From IMG/VR virus record IMGVR_UViG_3300017917_004222, positions 83,840-147,839 of that record: DNA of 64,000 nt. One strand, written 5' to 3'. Shown piece by piece: positions 29,564 to 38,691 of the stretch (within the stretch, counting starts at the first letter, position 1; each line of letters opens with the position of its first letter). The notes under the pieces were generated by a model. It was not told the DNA's origin. It saw only the letters and a list, made by a program, of their open reading frames with translations, and made no database searches. The translations under genes were made by a program, and so were the position numbers. This DNA comes from a virus.

Positions 29564-30172
29564 ATGAAACCATTTGCAAAATATCTTGCCGAGAGCGAAC
29601 GCACATACGATTACAGGATCAAAATCCTGGGCCGTGTCGGCGACGATCTTGTGCGACAACTCAAACAAAAACTGGCACAATTTGATCCAGTCTCGGTGGG
29701 GGAGTTGAAATCAACTCCCATACAAAAAGTACCTACCGATTTCCCGGGCAGTCAAAACGAAGCAGTGAGCATGTTTGACGTCAAGTTCAAGTATCCTGCA
29801 ATTGACGCACAGATCAAACAGTTGTGGCAGTTGCTGGGCCAGAACCCCAACCACATCATCATGGGCACGGTCAAGCATGCTGAAGGTCTTGCAAAAGAAT
29901 ATCAACGCATCGAAGATGAAAACAAAGACCTGATCAACGATACTGATTACCCCGAACCCGATAGCGAGCAAAAATCACTCAGCCGTGACTATGCTGCAGA
30001 ACCGCATGACCATGTGGTACTAAAAAATGCTTATCGAAGTGATTTCACCATTGCCGGCGGCCGCACTCCTGCTGCCAAAACCACCAATGACATTGCGCAA
30101 GGTACCAAGAGTCCAATGACCAATGTCAAGCGTCCAGCCAAGCCAGCTACTGGCCGTAACCCAAGAGGATAA
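29564..30172 (+). CDS. Hypothetical head-associated protein
   Basis: N-terminus MKPFAKYLAE resembles the T4 capsid-targeting sequence; late promoter at 29541. Confidence 0.65.
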   Translation: MKPFAKYLAESERTYDYRIKILGRVGDDLVRQLKQKLAQFDPVSVGELKSTPIQKVPTDFPGSQNEAVSMFDVKFKYPAIDAQIKQLWQLLGQNPNHIIMGTVKHAEGLAKEYQRIEDENKDLINDTDYPEPDSEQKSLSRDYAAEPHDHVVLKNAYRSDFTIAGGRTPAAKTTNDIAQGTKSPMTNVKRPAKPATGRNPRG

Positions 30173-30177
30173 ACCAA

Positions 30178-32682
30178 ATGTCATTTTTTTACGATCTCAA
30201 CAAAAAACTACAGCAAGTGCTGGAATCCCCCAAGAGCGAGCACAAACAACTGAACGAGGGCTGGAAGGGCGGCGCAGCTGGTGCTGGCGTGGGTGCAGTG
30301 GCTGGCGGGCCAGTTGGTGCTGCCATTGGCTCGGTGCTGGGCGACAAAATTGGCGATGAGCTGGGCGAAACTGGCTACAGCGCCCGGGCAGCCAGTGCTG
30401 GACGAGACATTGGCAAACCCGGCAAGAACTTTGCCAAAATTGCCAAAAGTGCTGGCGAGCGCTACGGCTCTAAAGAACGCGGCGAAGCTGTGGCAGGCGC
30501 TGTGCTCAAGAAGCTGCGAGCCAAAAACGAAGGTGTTGATTCTGACGCTGGCGATGACAACCGAGTGTCCACAGTGGTCCGACTGTTGAAGCGATTGCTG
30601 ACTTCGGAAGCACTACGTGACGCCTACGACATTGGCGAAGATGATGTGTTCCAAATTGAAGAGCTGGCAGCTGCATTGGAAAACAATGACATGGAAGCAG
30701 CACAAGACGCATGGAGCGTGTTTGATGTGAACGAGCTGGACAATGCATTGGACAGTTATGTGGCCGACAATGGGCTCGAAACCGGTTACTTGTTTGACCT
30801 ACTGGGCCACAATGTGAACGAAGGCTCCAAAGTTCCAACAGACTGGATGGGAGTCCCTACTAAGCTGGGCAAAAATGACAAGAAGCCAATCCAGTTCCCA
30901 GCAGGGTATGATGAATATATCAAGCAGGGTGCCAAGCATGGATTCCAAGATGATCCCAACAATCCTCTGCGTAAACGAGTCAAAAAAGCAGGCGTAGCAG
31001 AAGGCCGCCATACTCAATCCAACGCACTGGAACTGAACCCTGACCTCCGGGCCCAGGCCAACAAGCCCACAGTGGCCGGCCGCATTGGCAGCGCAGCCAA
31101 GCGGGTGGCAAACGCCATCACTGGTGGCAGCGATGAAGACGCCAAGAATCGTTTGCTGAACCGCATGGGCGGCCGCCGCACTCCCCTGGCACGTGATGAC
31201 ATGTCCGAAGCCACTAAAGAAATCCCGGGCGGTCGTCGTCACACATCTGAGCCAGGTGGCTACGGTCGCAAGGACGACGACGAAGCCCCCAAGGCAAAAA
31301 CTCAGCGTGGTCGTGGTCGTCCCAAGAAGGGCGGCGACAGCGAAACAGGTGAAGTCAAGAAGTACGACTGGAGCGCATTTGGTGCAACTGGCAAGGATGT
31401 CAAGTTGCCCAAGCACTCGGGTACCGTTACCAAGCACAAAATGAGCGACGAAGAACCCAAAAAGAAAGTCAAAGAAGCCACCAAGGAAATCCCAGGTGGA
31501 CGTCGTCACACTGCTGATGCAGGCGGCTATGGTCGCCGAGACGACGAAGATGACAAGGGCAAGCGAGTCGCAGCTCAAGTCAAACGTGGCCGTGGTCGTC
31601 CCAAGAAGGGCGGCGATAGCGAAACAGGCGAAGTCAAGAAATATGACTGGAGCGCATTTGGCGCCACAGGCAAAGAAGTCAAACTGCCCAAGCACAAGGG
31701 CAATGTTACTCGGCACAAGATGGACGAGGCTGTGAGTGAAGATGATCTTGCAGTTCTTGAACGACTCATGGACCAGGCGTTTGCCGAAGGCAACACTGCC
31801 CTAGGCAATGATATTCAGGGTGTGATCGAGCGCATCCAGGGCGATCAAGACGAAGGCCAATACGATGACGAGCCGGTGAACGAAAAAGCTGTGAGTAAAA
31901 AGCAGCAACGGTTCATGGGCATGGTGCATGCTGCACAAAAAGGTGAAAAGCCTGCGTCAAAAGAAGTGGCCAAAGTGGCCAAGGAAATGCCCAAGAAGGA
32001 AGCTGAAAAGTTTGCCAAGACCAAACAAAAAGGCCTGCCCGAGAAAAAACAAGCCACTGACGAAACATCAGACAGCAAGCCAGCCAAAGGCGGCATGACT
32101 TTTGGCAAGGGCATTTATGACAGCATGAATCGTGAGCTAGAGAGCATGATTGCTGAAAGCATGAGTGTTAACTTGAGCATGAATGATGACGGCCATGGCG
32201 GTCCACGCCGCAGCCTCACAGTGACTGCCACTGACGACGATGCAACCAAGCTGGCTGAACTACTGAAAATGGCTGGCATTGGCGACGAATCATCTGCTGA
32301 GTCAAGTGACTGTGGCTGCGACGAGCTTGAGGAAAACCAAGCCGATTGGCCAACTGATGCTGAAACCAGCAATGATCCGTTCCAGTACTCGGGAGGACTC
32401 AATGGTCCCAAGAGCACAGGACAGACCACTGGTGCTCCGTTCAACCGTCAACCGCAGCGCCAGGGCGCCATGGTAGACGAAGAGGACGAATTGGCTCGCA
32501 TGATGGAAATGGCTGGTGTCAAGAAAGGCAGCAAGCCCGACTATGTTGACCTTGACAAAGACGGCAACAAAACCGAGCCCATGAAGCAAGCGGCCAAAGA
32601 CGCCAAGGAAGACAGTGCAGATCAAGTGGACGAAGGCATCCTCGGCGCCACTCGCAATCTGTGGAAAACCTATCAAGGCTGA
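30178..32682 (+). CDS. Modular, highly charged putative internal-head polyprotein
   Basis: Modules bounded by LNE/VNE/GVAE/MSE/VKE. Contains a glycine zipper, a duplicated RGRGRPKK module, 'KAVSKKQQRFMGMVHA' and an EF-hand-like 'DLDKDGN'. Confidence 0.7.
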   Translation: MSFFYDLNKKLQQVLESPKSEHKQLNEGWKGGAAGAGVGAVAGGPVGAAIGSVLGDKIGDELGETGYSARAASAGRDIGKPGKNFAKIAKSAGERYGSKERGEAVAGAVLKKLRAKNEGVDSDAGDDNRVSTVVRLLKRLLTSEALRDAYDIGEDDVFQIEELAAALENNDMEAAQDAWSVFDVNELDNALDSYVADNGLETGYLFDLLGHNVNEGSKVPTDWMGVPTKLGKNDKKPIQFPAGYDEYIKQGAKHGFQDDPNNPLRKRVKKAGVAEGRHTQSNALELNPDLRAQANKPTVAGRIGSAAKRVANAITGGSDEDAKNRLLNRMGGRRTPLARDDMSEATKEIPGGRRHTSEPGGYGRKDDDEAPKAKTQRGRGRPKKGGDSETGEVKKYDWSAFGATGKDVKLPKHSGTVTKHKMSDEEPKKKVKEATKEIPGGRRHTADAGGYGRRDDEDDKGKRVAAQVKRGRGRPKKGGDSETGEVKKYDWSAFGATGKEVKLPKHKGNVTRHKMDEAVSEDDLAVLERLMDQAFAEGNTALGNDIQGVIERIQGDQDEGQYDDEPVNEKAVSKKQQRFMGMVHAAQKGEKPASKEVAKVAKEMPKKEAEKFAKTKQKGLPEKKQATDETSDSKPAKGGMTFGKGIYDSMNRELESMIAESMSVNLSMNDDGHGGPRRSLTVTATDDDATKLAELLKMAGIGDESSAESSDCGCDELEENQADWPTDAETSNDPFQYSGGLNGPKSTGQTTGAPFNRQPQRQGAMVDEEDELARMMEMAGVKKGSKPDYVDLDKDGNKTEPMKQAAKDAKEDSADQVDEGILGATRNLWKTYQG
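31207..31728 (+). repeat. Tandem duplication of an ~85-aa module with an AT-hook-like RGRGRPKK motif
   Basis: 31207-31452 and 31474-31728 both encode EATKEIPGGRRHT..RGRGRPKKGGDSETGEVKKYDWSAFGATGK.VKLPKH. Confidence 0.9.
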
Positions 32683-32684
32683 TC

Positions 32685-34328
32685 ATGAAATCATTTCGCG
32701 AACATCTAAGAGAGACACAAGAAACATTTGATCGCCCGGCAACGGGCGATGACTTCGCCATCAACATTCGTGAAGAATGCTTGATCGAAACCTATGTGGT
32801 CGACGAGACAGCCGACGGCATTGTGCTGCATGCTGACGAGCGCATGATGCGATTGCTAGAATCTTACGGTTACGTGCAAGAAGGTGGCGTCAAGGAAATG
32901 TTGATTGGTGCTGCCGAGCGCATGACACTTGATGAGTTCATTGATGCCTACGGCAGCCAGTTTGGACCCGACGAAGCAGAAGAATTCTGGCACACTGTGA
33001 ACGACGAAAATGAAGTTGAACAGTCTGGTCCGGGACACTGGATGCACGAGGAAACTTTTGTTGCGGCAAACAGTGATGGTATATCACACCAGGATGCTGG
33101 CGAGTACGATTACGAAGGCGACATGGCCAAGGATGACTTGAGCACAATCATTCGTGCTGCTCGTCGACTCACAGGCATGCTGGACGACAACGAAAACATG
33201 CCCGAGTGGGTGCAGAGCAAAATCAACAAAGCCGCTGACTATGTGGACACAGCCGCCGATTACATCGAGTCCAACAAAGAACGCGGTGTCATGGAAGGCG
33301 GTGATCCTGCAACTTACCGGGCAAAAGCCCAAGAGGCACACGCCAAATATCTCAAGTACGAAGACTTGGTTGATCAGGAGTTGAGAAAACTAGGTGAGCG
33401 TCTGCCTCGGTCCTGGGATGCCAACGCCTTTCAAAACAAGTTGTCCAGCGACCCCAAGTATGCCCAGGCCTTGAAGTATTACAAACTCAGCGAAAAATTT
33501 GGCGGCCTAGCCGTTCGTTATAAAGAACTGTCCAAGAAGCGGGGCATGGCAGAAGGTCAGTTGGCCAACCCAGACAACCAAGACTCGCCTGTGGCCCGAG
33601 CAATCACACACCGCATCCTTATGCAACACACTGGCCTGTTGGCCAAATACGGCCCCGAGCGGGTCATGGACGCTGTGGATGAAGTGGCTGATTTTGTCGG
33701 CGATGTAGAAGAAATTGGGTCAAGCGATGTGTCGGGCTGGGTGCGTCATGTGGAACAGATGCTGACCAACATGCCCGACAGCTTGGATGAACAATATGGC
33801 GACGAGTTTGACAACGAAGAGGACGAAGAAGACGAAGCAAACGGATTCTACGTGGTAATTGCCAGCGAAACCAATGGCGTGTTTATTGGCCAAGTGATCA
33901 AGGACGGCAGCAAGTGGCGCGAAATGGGCGGGGTTGGTAAACAGCCCTACAGCTGGGGCGGAAACTACATGGGCTATCTTTCCCCGGATGACGTGATCAG
34001 CTGGATACGTAAAGACTACCGCAATGCTGAGGTGGACGGCCCGTTCTCAAGCGAGGACGAAGCACAACAAGCTGCTGACAATTTGAGCGAAGCCAAATAC
34101 CAAGGACGTGAAGTTCCACTAGGCAAACCCATGCAGGGCGATGTCAAGAAGAGCAAAGTCTACGTCCGCGGACCCAAGGGCAACGTGGTCAAGGTCAACT
34201 TTGGCGACCCCAACATGCGCATCAAGAAAAGCAACCCCGAGCGTCGCAAGAACTTCCGTGCGCGCCACAACTGCGACAATCCAGGTCCACGTTGGAAAGC
34301 ACGCTACTGGAGTTGCCGCGCCTGGTAA
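32685..34328 (+). CDS. Modular putative internal-head polyprotein
   Basis: Starts MKSFREHLRE. Modules are bounded by VQE/GVME/GMAE/LDE/LSE, ending in a 'KVNFGDPNMRIK..ARYWSCRAW' module. Confidence 0.7.
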   Translation: MKSFREHLRETQETFDRPATGDDFAINIREECLIETYVVDETADGIVLHADERMMRLLESYGYVQEGGVKEMLIGAAERMTLDEFIDAYGSQFGPDEAEEFWHTVNDENEVEQSGPGHWMHEETFVAANSDGISHQDAGEYDYEGDMAKDDLSTIIRAARRLTGMLDDNENMPEWVQSKINKAADYVDTAADYIESNKERGVMEGGDPATYRAKAQEAHAKYLKYEDLVDQELRKLGERLPRSWDANAFQNKLSSDPKYAQALKYYKLSEKFGGLAVRYKELSKKRGMAEGQLANPDNQDSPVARAITHRILMQHTGLLAKYGPERVMDAVDEVADFVGDVEEIGSSDVSGWVRHVEQMLTNMPDSLDEQYGDEFDNEEDEEDEANGFYVVIASETNGVFIGQVIKDGSKWREMGGVGKQPYSWGGNYMGYLSPDDVISWIRKDYRNAEVDGPFSSEDEAQQAADNLSEAKYQGREVPLGKPMQGDVKKSKVYVRGPKGNVVKVNFGDPNMRIKKSNPERRKNFRARHNCDNPGPRWKARYWSCRAW

Positions 34329-34338
34329 GGAGAAACAC

Positions 34339-34509
34339 ATGGAACATTACAAACCCTACAACCCTGCACCACTCACAACACCTCCGGTGCAAAACCCGCA
34401 CTCGCCTGCTGGCAGCGGATATCGTCAACAGCCAGTGAACATCCCGGGTGTGCTGGACCAAACACGAAACATGTTTCAACCATACCAACCCAAGGATCCT
34501 AACAAATGA
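34339..34509 (+). CDS. Small Pro-rich hypothetical protein
   Basis: AAGGAG RBS before ATG 34339. Confidence 0.55.
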   Translation: MEHYKPYNPAPLTTPPVQNPHSPAGSGYRQQPVNIPGVLDQTRNMFQPYQPKDPNK

Positions 34510-34793
34510 GCAGTCAAGCCAACGTTTACACCTCGGTCAGCAGCCAAACTTGGTTCACTGACAAAGTTTTGATATCAACTGGCAACACCGCAGTCACATA
34601 CAACGTGGCTCTGGCCCCAGCTTTCTCCGACACCATTTATTCCAATGCTGTGAGCGTGCCGGCATTTGACAGCACCTATGCCTATGTTGGTGTGGGCAAC
34701 AAGCTCACTATCACTGGCAGCAATTTCACAGCAGCCGAAGCTGGCACAGCATCGTCGGGCACAGCCGGTGTGTCGGGCGGCGGCAGCTACTAA
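34506..34793 (+). CDS. Hypothetical virion protein
   Basis: 95-aa beta-rich ORF with an ATGA overlap. Confidence 0.6.
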   Translation: MSSQANVYTSVSSQTWFTDKVLISTGNTAVTYNVALAPAFSDTIYSNAVSVPAFDSTYAYVGVGNKLTITGSNFTAAEAGTASSGTAGVSGGGSY

Positions 34794-34799
34794 GGAGTC

Positions 34800-35177
34800 A
34801 TGGTGCGAGCAAGAGAATTTTTAGGCGAAGAAAAGGTTGGAAAAATTTCCAAACGACTGCAATCGGCCACCCGCGGTCTCAACAAGTTTAGAGACCGCTC
34901 ATTCTCTGACCGCGTGTACGAACTGAACCGTGTGATGATGGCAGCCGCATGCAACGACGGTGATGATTTTGCCCATCCAGTTGACGCTGAATCCTGGGCT
35001 GGACGCCACGACATTGCGGCACCTTATACCGAGGTTGAGCAACGCATGCTGGAAAAAGCATACAAGGCTGTTGGATCTTTGTATCAAGACATCAACCACG
35101 GCAACATGGACAGTGAAGAGCACCCAGCTGTGAACAAAACAAGTCCTATAAATAGTTTCAAAGGATACCCAAGATGA
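34800..35177 (+). CDS. Hypothetical head-associated protein
   Basis: AAGGAG RBS; N-terminus MVRAREFLGE. Confidence 0.65.
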   Translation: MVRAREFLGEEKVGKISKRLQSATRGLNKFRDRSFSDRVYELNRVMMAAACNDGDDFAHPVDAESWAGRHDIAAPYTEVEQRMLEKAYKAVGSLYQDINHGNMDSEEHPAVNKTSPINSFKGYPR

Positions 35178-35554
35178 AAATTGCTGAAGTGCTTAGAGCA
35201 TTGCTTGATGTTATTGATCGTGCAGAAGTTGCTGGCTCAGTGCCACAAATGCGCAACGATGTGCAGAATCTGTCAAGTCCAGAACAGGTAGAACCTGCCA
35301 ATGTTGAAGACCCGCACGACCTGTTCATGCCCCCTTTGCAAATGAAACTGGAACTGTTGAAAAAAGCAGTGGGTGTGGAAAACGTGTACGATGATGGTAC
35401 CGATGCTGATCGTGATGAATGCAACGAAGTTGGTGATCCCAGTAGTGAAACCGAAACTGACTTTGAAGTGGAATTGAACAACATCAAAAAAGCTGCAGGT
35501 ATCAATCCTGTGGTGCTATCTGATCTTGGCGACGATGAGCCATTGGACAACTGA
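35174..35554 (+). CDS. Hypothetical acidic protein
   Basis: TATAAATA at 35147 inside the previous gene; AAGGA RBS. Confidence 0.65.
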   Translation: MKIAEVLRALLDVIDRAEVAGSVPQMRNDVQNLSSPEQVEPANVEDPHDLFMPPLQMKLELLKKAVGVENVYDDGTDADRDECNEVGDPSSETETDFEVELNNIKKAAGINPVVLSDLGDDEPLDN

Positions 35555-35559
35555 TACAC

Positions 35560-37050
35560 ATGGCCATTCAGAATTTCTTTACCAGTCGCGACAACAAACT
35601 TGACGGCAACACGTATGTGGGGCAGTTGGGTCGCCTTTGGTACAACCCCGATACCAACAGCATATATGCCAGCGATGGCAGCACCGTGGGCGGAATCCCA
35701 GTAGCGCTGGCCACCAACGCCAACATCTTGGCCAACAATATCACTGTGAGCACAGTGACGTCCACCAGTGGCAACATCACCGTCAACGGCAACTTGGTCA
35801 TCAATGGCAACATTTCGCCAGCCACCGACGTCAAGATTGGCGGCATCAAGGCCGGCCCAGGCGCCAACATATCAAATGATGGCACACTCACGATTGATAC
35901 CACTGGCTTGCCACTCAGCTTTGGCAACTTCACAGCCAACAACAACATACTCACTATTGTCAACGTAGACGAGGACATGATTCTCGAAACTTCGGGCAAT
36001 GCCGAAATACAATTGGTGGGCAACATCGGGTTCTACAAACCCAACGGTGGCGGAGTTCCTGAACCCAGTGCAAAATATTTCTTTGCCCGAGACGATGGGC
36101 AGATTACTATCTTGGTTCCTGTCGAAGACCCATTTTTGGGCGCAGTGGAGATCATAGGATCTTCCACAGGCAATGTTATATCGCCTGGCGCGCCTGGCGC
36201 CATGCTGCATCTCACTGGCAATCCTAGTGTACCAACTCGCCTGTACATGGACGGCAACAACAGCTATGCCAGTATTGTGGGCCGCCGTTGGAACGGAAAT
36301 GTAGCCACGCCCACACAGGTTTTGGCCGGCCAAGATGTGTTGCGTATCAATGCCACCGCAGCCACTGATGCAGGCAGCAGCAATGTGGGCAACGTGGCAT
36401 TTGCTCAAGTGCGTATGACAGCCTTGGAAACCCAAACTGCCGCAGCACAGGGTTCACAAATAGTGTTTACAGTGACTCCGGTGGGGCAGCCTGCTACCAG
36501 TCGTGTGGATGTGGCCAACATCACAGTGGCTGATGGAGTATGGGCTACTAAGTTTACCACCACAGGCAATGTGTCAGCGGCCAATGCCATAATCTCGGGC
36601 AACATTTCGGTTGCCGGCAGCATTCTAGGCAATGCAGTGACCACCACCGCCACAATTGGGACTGGCAACATCACCACATTGAATGTGAGCGGCAACGCCA
36701 CTGTGGGCGGCAACATTCGTTACAACATTGCCAACAACAACGCCACGGTGACTCAGGCCACCAGCAAGGCCACTGCAGTGACCTGCAACGGCAGGACTGG
36801 CCAAATCACCACCAGCAACAGCTCAATCGCCAAGGGCGAAGCAATTACATTCACTGTGAACAACAGTTACATCACAGCAGCAACCGACGTTCCTGTTGTG
36901 GTTTTGCAGTCTGGTGCCACCGCCAACAGTTACTCAGTGTCGGTCACGCGGGTTCAGCCCGGCAGTTTTGCCATCACATTGGTCAACAACGGCACAGGCC
37001 CTTTGTCTGATACCATTGTCATCAACTTTGCTGTGATCAAGGTGAGCTAA
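35560..37050 (+). CDS. Virion structural/fibre-like protein
   Basis: 'GRLWYNPDTNSIYASDGSTVGG' N-terminus, GNI repeats and a C-terminal 'TVTQATSK.T.VT.NGRTGQITT' domain. Confidence 0.7.
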   Translation: MAIQNFFTSRDNKLDGNTYVGQLGRLWYNPDTNSIYASDGSTVGGIPVALATNANILANNITVSTVTSTSGNITVNGNLVINGNISPATDVKIGGIKAGPGANISNDGTLTIDTTGLPLSFGNFTANNNILTIVNVDEDMILETSGNAEIQLVGNIGFYKPNGGGVPEPSAKYFFARDDGQITILVPVEDPFLGAVEIIGSSTGNVISPGAPGAMLHLTGNPSVPTRLYMDGNNSYASIVGRRWNGNVATPTQVLAGQDVLRINATAATDAGSSNVGNVAFAQVRMTALETQTAAAQGSQIVFTVTPVGQPATSRVDVANITVADGVWATKFTTTGNVSAANAIISGNISVAGSILGNAVTTTATIGTGNITTLNVSGNATVGGNIRYNIANNNATVTQATSKATAVTCNGRTGQITTSNSSIAKGEAITFTVNNSYITAATDVPVVVLQSGATANSYSVSVTRVQPGSFAITLVNNGTGPLSDTIVINFAVIKVS

Positions 37051-37094
37051 ATTGCTCACTGGGCAGCAGCCCTAGCACACGTTTGGAGATTCTC

Positions 37095-38681
37095 ATGATC
37101 GCTAACAAAGCCAGTTCACTAGAAACGGTATTGGTCAAAACCCCACACCGTCGTGAAACCTATACAGACCAAGAATTGATGGAGTTTGCCCGATGTGCAG
37201 ACCCAGTCAACGGCCCCATGTATTTCATGGACCACTACTTTCACATTCAGCATCCCACACGTGGCAAGATGCTGTATCAGCCGTTTCCGTACCAAAAAAA
37301 GCTGATTGAAACCTATCACCGTTATCGCTACAGCATCAGTCTCATGCCGCGACAGACTGGTAAATCAACATCAGCTGCAGGCTATCTGTTGTGGTACGCC
37401 ATGTTTGTGCCCGACAGCACCATTCTCATTGCGGCACACAAGTACACAGGTTCACAAGAAATCATGCAGCGCATTCGATTTGCCTACGAGCTGTGCCCCA
37501 ACCACATACGTGCAGGTTGTACCAGTTACAACAAAGGCAGCTTGGAATTTGAGAACGGCAGTCGTATTGTGTCGGCCACCACAACAGAAAACACTGGTCG
37601 TGGTATGAGTATTTCGCTGTTGTACGCTGACGAATTTGCGTTTGTGCGACCCACCATTGCGCAAGAGTTCTGGACTTCTATTTCGCCCACGCTGGCCACA
37701 GGTGGTAAGGCCATCATCACATCAACTCCCAACAGTGACGAAGACAAGTTTGCTGAGATTTGGAAAAGCGCCAACAAGTGTCTTGACGAAAACGGCAACA
37801 CCACTGAACTGGGCATCAACGGCTTCAAGGCTTATCGTGCTTACTGGAATGAACATCCGGATCGTGATGAAAAGTGGGCTGCAGAGCAGCGGGCTCAGCT
37901 GGGCGAAGAACGTTTTCGTCGTGAGATGGATTGCGAATTTGTTATCAATGATGAGACCTTGATTTCGCCTATCAAACTGTTGGATCTTGAGGGCGTGGAA
38001 CCTCGATACAAAACCGGACAGGTGCGCTGGTACAAACCATTGTCCAAGGACCGGATGTACATTGTGGCCCTGGATCCCAGCCTGGGCACTGGCGGCGACC
38101 CAGCAGCCATACAAGTGTTTGAAGCTGAAACAACCGAACAGGTGGCCGAGTGGAAACACAATCGAACTGACATTCCCACGCAGATTCGCATCATGGCCGA
38201 CATAGTGAAAGAAATCCACGACGTGGTCAAGGACAGCAAAAAAATCTACTACAGTGTGGAAAACAATACCCTGGGCGAAGCTGCACTGATATCTATTGCT
38301 GAGTACGGGGAAGAAAGCATTCCGGGATACTTTCTAAGTGACAACTCGGTCACAGGCTCGGGAACTCAACGATTCCGCAAAGGCTTTAACACCACCCACA
38401 AGGCCAAGGTCACTGCCTGTAACAAGTTCAAGATTCTTGTGGAATCGGGGCGTATGAAACTGCACAGCAAGCCCTTGATCAGCGAACTCAAAAACTTCGT
38501 GGCCAAGGGCAACAGTTTTGCTGCCAAACCTGGCGAGACTGACGACCTTGTGATGGCCAGCCTCTTGATTATTCGCATGTTGATGTTGTTGCAAACTTAC
38601 CATGCCGAATTGGACCAGCACATCAAAGATCACAATGATGTCATTGTGGAACCTTTTCCCTTTATATCTGTCATGCGCTAA
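37095..38681 (+). CDS. gp17: Terminase large subunit
   Basis: Walker A 'PRQTGKST', Walker B 'LLYADEFAF', 'ITSTPN', nuclease 'VALDPSLG..DDLVMA'. Confidence 0.95.
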   Translation: MIANKASSLETVLVKTPHRRETYTDQELMEFARCADPVNGPMYFMDHYFHIQHPTRGKMLYQPFPYQKKLIETYHRYRYSISLMPRQTGKSTSAAGYLLWYAMFVPDSTILIAAHKYTGSQEIMQRIRFAYELCPNHIRAGCTSYNKGSLEFENGSRIVSATTTENTGRGMSISLLYADEFAFVRPTIAQEFWTSISPTLATGGKAIITSTPNSDEDKFAEIWKSANKCLDENGNTTELGINGFKAYRAYWNEHPDRDEKWAAEQRAQLGEERFRREMDCEFVINDETLISPIKLLDLEGVEPRYKTGQVRWYKPLSKDRMYIVALDPSLGTGGDPAAIQVFEAETTEQVAEWKHNRTDIPTQIRIMADIVKEIHDVVKDSKKIYYSVENNTLGEAALISIAEYGEESIPGYFLSDNSVTGSGTQRFRKGFNTTHKAKVTACNKFKILVESGRMKLHSKPLISELKNFVAKGNSFAAKPGETDDLVMASLLIIRMLMLLQTYHAELDQHIKDHNDVIVEPFPFISVMR

Positions 38682-38691
38682 ATAACTGACT

